From Octopus sinensis (lineage: Eukaryota): a stretch of DNA of 64,000 bases. Position numbers and translations under genes: made by a program. The stretch lies in the NCBI RefSeq assembly GCF_006345805.1, contig NC_043002.1, positions 81,096,001 to 81,160,000 on the forward strand, written 5' to 3'. Positions 52,678-64,000 of this stretch are shown in pieces. The notes beneath the pieces were generated by a model, which ran no database searches, had not been told where the DNA came from, and saw nothing but the letters and a program-made list of their open reading frames with translations. The number at the start of each line of letters is the position of its first letter. Position 1 is the stretch's first letter.

Positions 52678-52870
52678 AAGGCAGCGAGCTGACAGAATCT
52701 TTAGTACGCTGGGCAAAATGCTTAGCGGCATTTCGTCCGTCATTACGTTCTGAGTTCAAATTCTGCCGAGTTCCACTTTACCTTTCATCACTTCGGAGTC
52801 GATTAAATAAATACCAGTTGAATACTGGGATCGACGTAATCAACGTATCCCCCTCTCTGAAATTGCTTTA
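52678..52870 (+). mobile_element. SINE family A
   Basis: AAGGCAGCGAGCTGACAGAATC...TTCTGAGTTCAAATTC...CTTTCATCACTTCGGAGTCGATTAAATAAATACCAG. Confidence 0.88.
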
Positions 52871-54689
52871 TCTCATAGAAACATAAAACAAAATCTCAAA
52901 CTCCACTTATCTCGCCGTCTCGCATTGTTTACGTCATTAACGCCTTCGAGGCCTGTACACAAGCAACGGCGCTCAATGCTTTCTTCCGAGAACCTTATCC
53001 CACAGGAAATGCCTTCTTTTATGTTTCTTTATATATATATATATATATATATATACACCACCACCACCACCACCACCAATTTACATCTGTTAAAGTCGAA
53101 CATTAACTGCATTGACATCACCGGTCTCGGAAGCCCTTCAGGCTTTCAAAAACCACAAGCAAATCTCCTTCCTCCAGGCCAAGAAAATAAATATAACACA
53201 GCAAACTTGGATACAAAAACGACCCAATTGTATGAGATGCTGCAGAACTAAATAAAAAATCAGATATAATAAATGCTTTTGATTTTAACCTACAATTTCA
53301 ATCGTCTTTTTCATCTTGTAATGGGATCGTTATTTTTTTTATTTTTATTTATTCATAAGTGGGGGAGGAATAACGGGGTCAAGTCGCTTTATAAAGCTTA
53401 CCCAATTATATTAAATCATTATTTTGTACCGAAAGCTGTCATTTTATAATTCATGCGTATTTTTATACTTCTTAGAAAGTACATTCTGTTAGCCATCTGG
53501 ATTTTGAAAAAAGAAATGAAAAAAGGAGGGAAAAGTAATTAAAACTCACGGATACACACACACACACACACATACACAGAGCAACAACAACAAAAACAAC
53601 AACAACAGCAACAACAAAAACAAGACCACAAACATATGTCCAAATCCACAAACATATACACACGCATATTCACAAACACAACAAAAACAGCAACAGTTCA
53701 TAAGCACATAATCAGCAACAACATACACACACATACACATACGTAAATACACGTATGCAGTCATACACGACAAAAACAACACACAACACACTCACACACA
53801 CACGTACGCAAACATATGAACAACACACACTCAGAGGAACACACATACACATTCACAAATACACACAGACACTCACACGCACAAGACGAAGCAAGAAAAT
53901 GGCTTGGGAAGAACGAATGTTCTATTTGTCGAAGGAGACGCTGATGACGACGGCACAGAATAAGCAAAAAAAAAAAAATCCGTGACTTCAAAAGACGCCA
54001 AAAAATATCCACTTCTCAACGAGTTGTCACGAGTTAAAGAATCGCACCTTTTCATCAGTTTCGTGTTTACTCAGTTAAATTCTTCATTTATTTATATTTG
54101 TCTTTGTTGGTTATTTTTCTTTTCTTTTTTTTTTTTCTTTTCAGTGAACGGGTGGTAGTGAAGAGGGTGTCTTTCCTGCTTTTTACTGTTTTGTACTTGT
54201 TGTATCTCTACTTATGCAACCAAAGAGTAATTGCAACAAGAATATGAATTTATATTTGTAACTCGTTCATTCATTTACTTCTCTATTTATTTATATATTT
54301 ACTTATTTATTTGTTTATTTTGTCTTCAATCTTTTGCCTATTCTATAAAGGGCCTTCTGGAATTCTAGACCAGTTATGTCGCACTTTTCTAGGCATATCT
54401 TCAAAAGCATTTTTAAGAACATAACAACAAATCATGATGTGCACAATATTCTTTTCTTTTTCCTTTTACCTCCCCTATATCCTCTTATATACATACATAC
54501 ATATATTTATATGTGTGTGTGCGTATGAATGTATGCTTGTATGTGTGTATATATACACACACACACACACACATATATATGTGTGTGTGTGTGTGTATGT
54601 ATATATGTATGTATATGCATATATATGTATGTGTAAGTATATACATAAATACACACACGCATATACATGTCTATGTATATACGTACGTA

Positions 54690-54759
<70 letters not shown>
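54690..54759. repeat. (GTA)n microsatellite
   Basis: Direct reading. Confidence 0.97.
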
Positions 54760-54760
<1 letters not shown>

Positions 54761-54854
54761 TAAAAGTCTACAATAAATAAAGCATATTCAATAATTTTGA
54801 ACATTAAATGGGTAAGCACTCAAATATTTTATAAGAAAAGAAAGAGGCTGCGAC

Positions 54855-54876
54855 GGCGAAGTTTCGCCAAAACTAG
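54855..54876 (+). mobile_element. Possible isolated Helitron 3' terminus
   Basis: Hairpin GGCGAA-GT-TTCGCC followed by AAAA-CTAG-T. Confidence 0.4.
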
Positions 54877-55739
54877 TTCGTCAGGCTAACATGAAACAAC
54901 GTAGATTACTAGTTATTTATATAAAGTTTTGATGCGTGTAGGCGTGGTTTGATAATTGGAAAATTGGAGCGATGGTGTGAAAGAATACAGTAATGCCTTG
55001 ATATAAAAATTAATCTATTCTCGGAGACTGCTTGTAAAGCAAAAACTCGTGAAGGAGAGCAAAAATTTCCCATAGCGGTAATGTTATAAACCGCAATTTG
55101 TTCCCAGAAAAATATTTTACCTATAAAATTTATAATACTTGTAAATAAATGGCTATAAAACAACAGCAGAATGTAAAATAAAAATTATGTAAAGTAAAGA
55201 GAATGTCAAGATCATTATTATGATTGCCTTCTGGATCACTTTCACTCGCGCACACCATCACTTGCAGATGTGATCACCGATTCACAAGCACTCGTAGACG
55301 GCCCTGTAGAATTCTTTTTAAAAATCAAGTCTAGAGTTGCTTGCTTAGCAGATTTTTTCGTTCGCTATAAATTTCGCGTTAACACGCAGAAGCATCTTTC
55401 ATGGCTGTAGGAACTTTTGCACTTCGTTCAAAATTTGGATCCTGTGCTTGAAAAATAAAACTCGTAAATCCAGAGTCTCGTAAAGCGGATCTTCGTAACT
55501 TGAAAAGATCAGACCATAGTTGCGATAGATTAAATAATCGGGTGAGAGAAAATACGAGCTGAAAATAAGGTTGGGACGTAAAGTTTGAGTTAGAATTATA
55601 ATTTAAAACATTGAGAAGTCAGATGTCATGTATAAATATATATAGAAATAATGTGTATGTGTGTGCGTGTGTGTGTGTATGTGTTTGTGTGTGTGTGCGT
55701 ATGTGTGTGTATGTGTGTGTACACCATTGTGAAAATCCA

Positions 55740-55855
55740 TGGCGTAATGGCCAGTGTGAGGGCCTATGAATGTAAAATCACGGGTTCTGTTCGTGGACTG
55801 ATGCACGATGTATTCTTAAGATAAGCACTTCATTTTACGTTGCTCCAATCTACCG
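55740..55855 (+). mobile_element. Degenerate SINE family C 5' part
   Basis: TGGCGTAATGG...GGGTTCTGTTCG...AAGCACTTCATTTTACGTTGCTCCAATC. Confidence 0.55.
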
Positions 55856-56845
55856 ACATGAAAAGGAACACCAGTCTCGTGCAGACCTTAGTCTCTCCAG
55901 CTGTTTCGCTGGGGTAAGGGCGCGAGGGCTGAAAAGATATATATGTTGTCTCGCTTCTAGATATTGCCTAAAAGAATTATCAAAATCATGCTCCTTGCTT
56001 CTCAGGTCACATGCATATGCACATGACAGCTATCATTTCTTTGGGTTTTACAAATATATCTTGTGCGTGTGCACGTGTGCCTGTCTGTCTGTATCTGTGT
56101 GCTTGTGTGTGTGTGTGTCTGTGTGTTGTATATGTCCTTTTAGTTCGTGTTTATCTACCCCTTTACCCTACGGTTCGACAAATTTGAGAGCCAAAAGTTC
56201 TATATGAGCCCTGTCAATGGAACAGCTCTTGTTCTTCGGTGGTATGCGTAAATTCTTACTCAATTTAACATCACCAACATGCCCACGGGCTACCATTGGT
56301 GTGTGCAATTGTTTGCGATTATTCGTGCCAAGTTTCAAACCCGACGATAATTTTCTGCTTTTCTCGCATTCGTCTCAATGTCTCTGCAAAGGATTTCAAT
56401 CATTGCATTACCTTTCCTCTTTTCATTAATTCATTAAAAGAGAAAACTATAAAATTCCGTAGATTAATTGATGACAGGTACCAATTTAATATGCATTCGG
56501 TATTGTAGCATAAATTAGGAGATTTCTTTTTATTGCCAGTGCTCCGTTTTTGAAAAAAAAATAGCTCTTAACAACTCAAACAAATAGAACGAAAGTTTGG
56601 AAGGATTGACTTTTGATATAGACACAAAGCCTCAAACTTGGTGTGACGAATATAACCGAAAACATTGAAGCCCAGCCTTTGAATGAATTATATTTCCATT
56701 TAGCGACCTCGCGAGGATGAAGGGTAAGGTTGAATTCCACAAGATTTGGTTGCAGAAAGCAGCAGTCAAACATTAATCTATCGCTTTAGACAATAGAGCG
56801 CTCTTGAAGATCTGAATAATTACAAGCTAAGTTTTTTATATGTAA

Positions 56846-57359
56846 CTAGCAGTATCGCCCGGCGTTGCTCGGGTTTGTAAGGGAAATAACTATATAAGCA
56901 TTTTTAGAGAGTTACTTCCCTTATAGATGCCAATTCGGGCTTTCTTAGCCATTTCTGTTTTGGTGTCTTCAAGCCATGAAGTCGTTGTTCTAAAAGAACG
57001 CTGGTCTCCTTGACAACGCTTTACGACGTTGATTTCCTTACACTCCCATCCCCACAGCTTCACGAGAGAGGGAAGAAGGGGGAAAAGCAACACAGGTGCA
57101 GATGTGAGCATGGACGCCAACTCCGCCGCCATCGACACACGAAAAATTATGCATTAAAATGGAATAAAAAATTATGTTAAATTATTTTTAAAATCGTAGA
57201 CTCATCGTAGACGCGCGCTAATACCCAGACGGGCTCGATATGAATCACGACTATAAGATACCCGAATTTGGTTAAACTGCACCGCAAAATGTGGGAGTAG
57301 TTAGGAATCTAAATCGAAGGGGACAGACACTCACACAACTACAGTTTTATATATATAGA
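56846..57359 (-). mobile_element. Complete 514-bp non-autonomous Helitron
   Basis: Minus strand starts TCTATATATATAAAA (57359) and ends CCCGAGCAACGCCGGG hairpin...CTAG (56846); inserted between A and T with no TSD. Confidence 0.88.
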
Positions 57360-58063
57360 TAAAAGAAACAGGGTGAAGAACAGTATATTGTAAAGCAGTA
57401 CAGCTTCATTTATAATAATTGTTTCTTTGTTGTTTGTGCAGGAGCTCATATTCATACGGAAGGAAAATGAAGGTGCTTCAAAGCAATCACTCGACCTGCT
57501 GCAAAAAGCAGTCAAATCGCCCCTCAGAACAACTCCTAACTTCTTAAATACTTGGAAGTTCGCATTAGAAAATATTGTCCTGGAGACCAGCTTCACCATT
57601 ATCATTTGATGTGTGTGGTGGCAGTGGTGGTGGTGGTGCTGCTGCTGATGCTGGTGGTGGTGGTGGGGCTGCTGAGTATGTTACTACGTACAGTTGTGTC
57701 TTTTTATCAGCAATATTTGCCTACACTTCCAAAGGAAAACTATCACAAAAGTAATGAGTATTAAACAAACAAAAAAAAAACTAACAAACCAAACAAAAAC
57801 ACAATAGAAACACACGTAAACTTATACAGTGCATACTCATCGAGGTACGCATAAACATATGAACGGAGACATGATCATAAATTGTTCATCTTTTTATGCA
57901 TAAATTATGTCTACACATGCGTATGCATACTTACTTGCATATACAAGGTATACTTATATATTTACTTATTCATATACATGAGAACCTATATACCTTTATT
58001 TGCATAATATACGTAAAATGGCCTATACATGTGTGTGTGCGTGCGCGTGTATGTTTATATATA

Positions 58064-58099
<36 letters not shown>

Positions 58100-58307
58100 T
58101 GTATGTATGTATGTCTGTATGTATGTATTATGTATGTATGTACGTACGTATGTATGCATGTATATGAATATTGACGTATGTGAGGGTGTAGGAATATACA
58201 GATTAGCATACATATATATATATATAGTCATATTATATAAATAGAAATATATATTCATTTATTTATATATATACATACATATATATATATATGTGTGTGT
58301 ATATATA

Positions 58308-58347
<40 letters not shown>

Positions 58348-58777
58348 TGCGTGTGTGTGTGTACAAATATATGCATAGATAGATAGATATATTCATATGC
58401 ACATACATACATATAAATATAAATGTATATTAGAGAATAGATTAATACATGTATGGATATGCATATCCATACATGCGTACATATGTGTGTATGTGTGTGC
58501 GTGTGAGTGTGTGCGTGTGGGTATGTGTGTATGTGTAGCTACTAGCAAATTTAAAATCTTCCTATACCTATTAATATCATATGTGTGCGCGCAGGGTGGC
58601 TTTTGCAAATAATCTATATATTTTTAGATATATATGCTTGTTGGCATGTAGGGGAAGGGCCAGAACTTGAGGGATGACAAGCTGTTGTTTTATGTTGGTC
58701 CTGTGTGCTTATGCATATCATAGCTGTATATGAGGCTGCAACAATTCACATACCTACGCAGACATATATATATATAT

Positions 58778-58888
<111 letters not shown>

Positions 58889-59305
58889 TGCACACAACAT
58901 ATATACATAATTACTTGTTTATACTGTATGTGTGTGATTAAGTTCATATATATATATATATAAGCAGTACATTCGCTCACACACATGCATACATAACTAT
59001 AGTCAATATTTCATACAGATATTTTGAGATTTTTACATGTATTCTGAATCATACACAGTCGCAAAAAAGTATTAGAAGAATTAGAAAAAGAAGAAATATG
59101 GCAGAACAAAAATAGAGAGTGGTAGACAAGGAAAGATGATGACGTGGCTCACGCAGATATTCTTTTCATATTCTTAAAAAGCGAAATGAACATACATACA
59201 TATGTCTATATGTCAGTGTATACATATATGTGCATGTATATATATATATTTGTGTGTGCGTATATGTGTGTGTGGATGTGTATGTATGTATATACGCACA
59301 TTTAT

Positions 59306-59368
<63 letters not shown>

Positions 59369-60015
59369 GGGACGCACACATATATTAATGTGTATCAGAA
59401 AGTCATGGCGACGTTTGAATTTAAAACAGACGGAAAGAATGAATATTGAGCTGAATACCAGAACTTATGAATACCAGAATAGTCAATAGGAAGCCTGTGA
59501 ATTGCTTGTTGTCAACAAAGAAATAAGGAAACTCCAAGTTTCGTCGCCAACACCATCATTCTCTAGGTACCGGTCCGACTTAACATCACTACTCTATATT
59601 ATTTACAGATCATATACACTTCTCTCCCACTTCTATACAGACTGTATGCATTTCTTTCTCTTTCTACTTCCGTATGTTTTATCTGTCTATTTGCTTGTCT
59701 GTATACCTCAACATCATTGCTATTATAACTGTATTTGTGTATGATGTCTATATATCTCTTTTTCTATATTACTCCGTATGTATGCGTTTGGGTGTATACA
59801 GACACACTTACTCATACACACACACGTACACACTCATGCATATGCACTTATATATATATTCCATTTATAAATATGTATGTATATATGTACCTGTGTCTGT
59901 GTGTATTGATTTATCATTGTTTCAAATTTAATTTGTGTTTCTTTCTCTCAAAAGAATCACTATACACGTATGTATATATATATGTGTGTATACTGATATT
60001 ACACACACACACACA

Positions 60016-60147
<132 letters not shown>

Positions 60148-61476
60148 TTATGCTGAAACTTTCATGGTACTGAGTAAAAGAATATACAAGAAGATCAGTT
60201 AATTATGATTTATTATGATTTTATTCAATATATTCCCGTCTCAATTTCACACACATATTGCAGCGGTCCTTCAGTTTTTCTAAGCTCTGTAAAAGAAACT
60301 CGGAAGGTTGTCCCTCGGACAACGATCATTTTGTTTTTGTTCTTTTTTTTTTTTCTTTTTGAGGATTTGCCTTACTAGACTTATATAGTGTCAAGAGTGA
60401 ATTTCAACTCAGAACACATCTATATCAGTTATCATAAGACACCTCAATCCATTTTCATATGATTCCACTAATTCACCGCTATAGCTGTACCAAAATTTTG
60501 TACTACTTCTATAGCCAGTATCAACAGAAGACATTCCAGCACTGACACGCAAAACTCTCATTCTCAATATATTTTCAAGAATCCTGATATCTCCGGCTCA
60601 GTGTTATGTATTTTGCAAAAGTATTCGTTTATCGCGTCAAGTTCTCTCTCACAAACAATCATGAACCAATAAACCCTAAGAACTTTACAGTGGAAATAAT
60701 AACTTTGCAACATTTGTATTAATACAGGCATACCTCTCTACTACACTGTCAAAATATATTGGGAGCTCCAAGGATGATAGTATTAAAAATAATAAAATCG
60801 GTTACGCCCAGACGTTTCCAACAGTCATTACTCCCGAACGTAATCTTTGTACTTCAGATAAATATAACATCCAATTACAGCCTTCTCTAATTTAAAAATT
60901 TCGTCAAACACTTCGATGGCTACATATTTAGAAACATTCTACAACTAAATGGTTAAAATTAGTTATTTTCCCCATAATGCCATATCTTGACAAAAGCTTG
61001 CAATTATTCATCAAAACGTAAATATACAGTGTAATTAGCTATCTTCCTTGCTTATGTGTGATTTATACATATAACACGGAGGGCAAAAATGCTACATAAT
61101 TCTGCACGCAAATAGATGAATAAAATTCGTGATTTGCATATGAAAATTGAATAGACAAATGTATGACACAGTTTTAATCGGTTTTTCGAAATCCAATCAT
61201 ATTACAGTGTGTTAACGAATAATTTTGCTTCTGTAATGTCAGGCTCCTTAGCTTAACTACACAAACAGAGGCAGTGATATATTTATAAATCGAAAGGTAT
61301 ATCATGTGACAATATATTAAATTCACAAATAACTACGAACTAGCTTAATCCAGTCATGAGCGCTTTCAAGTTGTATAAATCACTACATTATAATACGTAT
61401 TGATTATTTTGCCATTGATAATTCAGCATATTGGGGTTTCGAGCACATTTAATGTTCAAATATAATAGATATGTAC

Positions 61477-61529
<53 letters not shown>

Positions 61530-62879
61530 AGAGCAAATAATATTTTTAATGGTTTTTAAAAAACCAACAATTATTTACTGGTAGATTTCGGCATGTAAAT
61601 ATAACCATTAACGGTAGGAACTTCTATAAAAGTTCAATATATATTTTGTATATAAATAAAAGAGGCAGGCAACAGGTTGCTTAGCCACATACAGAAAAAA
61701 TTAGAAATGGCTGTCAAACAGTCTTTGACTATACATGTATATACATATATATACATACATATATAACAATAATCAGCCGAAATTGCGAAGATAATCTGGT
61801 GCTTAACTGAGGATAAAGGGCTTCGATGACCCGTCCTTGTTTTCTTTGTATCGTCTATCTGGATGTTTTGTTGTCCCTTTTTTGTATCACCTAGCTGTCC
61901 GGATGTTTGGATGTTTTGCGTTCTTGTCCCATTTTGTATTTTATATATATCAAGGGAGGGGAGACAGAAAGATGAAAAGTGGTGAGATGCATGGATATAT
62001 TTATATACATGTATATGTATATACATTCATATATATGTATGTATATTAGATGGTAAAGGATAACAAGCATAAAGCCATATTCGGGGTGGGGGGGGATTAT
62101 TAAATGATTAAAGAACGTATTCAGATATATTAGGTCAAATGCGGGATTGCAGTTGTAATGTAATTTTGTGTGGACAGTATTCAAGGCATTAATGTCGGTA
62201 CCAGTGACAAAAGGATGCTGGAACGTGTATTTTTGAAAGTGGAGCCCGCCAAGTCAGAGACTGAACTATATATTATAAAGAAAAACTATTATGCTTGTTA
62301 TCATGAACGTTAGGAATTTACTTTCTTGACGGCATTTAGAAACGAATTCGGATTTTAAGTTCACCTGATTGAATGTCTATGTTAGAATATGGTATTTTTC
62401 ACAGAAACCTAAAAAGCAACTTTTCAATTAATTAATGCACAGATTTGCAGTAACTTAGTAATTATAACCGGTAACTCTCTCTGGAAGACAGTAATAGTGC
62501 TGTCTTTCAAACCTTTCAACTTCAACATTATTTGTAACACTGCAAAGTGTCTTTTATTTAATATAATTCGATATCATTTTCCTACTGATCACATAGATAA
62601 TATGATATTACTAATATAAAAAATATGCAACTCAGTTATCGTTGAACTGAATTTTTTGATATTATCGTCATCTTAAACAATGGCAATTTGGCAAAAATGT
62701 ATAAAATAGCTTAAACATTATACAGTAGTTAATCTCGCCAAAACAATCGGATCACCGCAATCTCAAGTATCTTTACATTCAGAAATTAGCTTCAAGTCTA
62801 ACGATTATTGCAGTTATCATATTCACTGTCATTACTGTTAAATGCTAATGTCATTCTTGATGGTGTGTTGTTGATGTTC

Positions 62880-63110
62880 GTGGTGATTATGATGATGGTG
62901 GTGGTGGTGGTGACGATGGTGGTGGTGGTGGTGGTGGTGGTGATGGTGGTGATGACGACGATGATTGTGGTGGTGGTGGTGGTGTTGGTTGTGGTGGTGG
63001 TTGTGGTGGTAGTGATGACGATGATGATGGTGGTGGTGGTGGTGGTGGTGGTGGTGGTGGTGGTGGTGGTGGTGGTGGTTGTGGTGGTGGTGGTGGTGGT
63101 GGTGCGGCGG
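62880..63110. repeat. (GTG)n microsatellite
   Basis: Direct reading. Confidence 0.95.
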
Positions 63111-63329
63111 TGAGGATGATTATGATGATTATGATGATGACGATATGTTATGAATTATTGAATGGTTTAATTTATTATCTTAATATTAGTTTTGTTGCAG
63201 CCGTTTATTTTTCAAATACCGTGCTGCCGAAATTGTTGCTGCTGTTGTTGTTTTTGTTGTTGACGTTGTTGTTATATTATCATTATCATTTAGGCCAATG
63301 TGCTATTGCTATCATAGTCTCTGCTTAAA

Positions 63330-63431
63330 GACCTATATTATTATTATTATCATTGCTGTTGTTGTTATTATTGTTGCTGTTGTTGTTGTCATTATCATCA
63401 TCGTCTTCGTCGTCGTCATCATCATCATCAA

Positions 63432-63496
<65 letters not shown>

Positions 63497-63604
63497 CATC
63501 ATCATCATCCGTGTTTCCCTCAAAAAAACTTGTATATATTATCTATGTCTGAATCTATATATATTCACATATATGTATATTATGTATAAATTTATAAACA
63601 TCTG

Positions 63605-63668
<64 letters not shown>

Positions 63669-63720
63669 TATATATATATTATATATATATATATATATAT
63701 AATATATGTATATATATATA
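63330..63720. repeat. (ATT/GTT)-(CAT)n tract followed by (TA)n
   Basis: Direct reading. Confidence 0.93.
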
Positions 63721-64000
63721 TGTATGTATGTATATACATTCACGCGCACACGTATGTTTGTGTATGTGTGTGATATATTTAAGGTATATATTGCTGTAGT
63801 TCCTCATTTAATTCCATATTTATGTTCTAGTTCGTAGTTTCCTTTGTATCATATATCTAGTTTTGCACGTATACACGAATCAAAGAGGTTCCTTCTCACT
63901 TTCTATCTTCTATACACACGCACACAGACAGCCACACGCATGCGCGTGCACGCAAGGCCGCGCGCACACACAGAAAAAGAGACATATACATACATATACA

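Overview
AT-rich, microsatellite-saturated animal DNA with no protein-coding host gene that I can support; nearly all track ORFs are translated microsatellites. The SINE families and the density of TA/GATA/TATG/AAT repeats suggest an octopus or other cephalopod intergenic or large-intron region (inference). The recognisable content is transposon-derived: several tRNA-derived SINE families (including tandem multimers), a full-length but dead mariner (37780-38989), a DD37D Tc1/mariner remnant, pogo/Tigger remnants and a MITE, hAT MITEs, a degenerate Helitron Rep-helicase relic (about 23790-25180, minus), non-autonomous Helitron/Helentron elements, RLE-type and CR1/L2-type LINE fragments, and several Penelope-like (PLE) fragments. 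The most notable signal is non-coding: type I hammerhead-ribozyme-like motifs of several distinct sequence families, most lying in or near PLE-related sequence. These are a nearly canonical one at 17799-17845 (minus), a U3-A8 covariant at 33316-33351, an A6U variant at 26622-26659 and 50909-50942, and a head-to-head pair in a 375-bp foldback at 49443-49818. All calls were made by eye; no searches were run.
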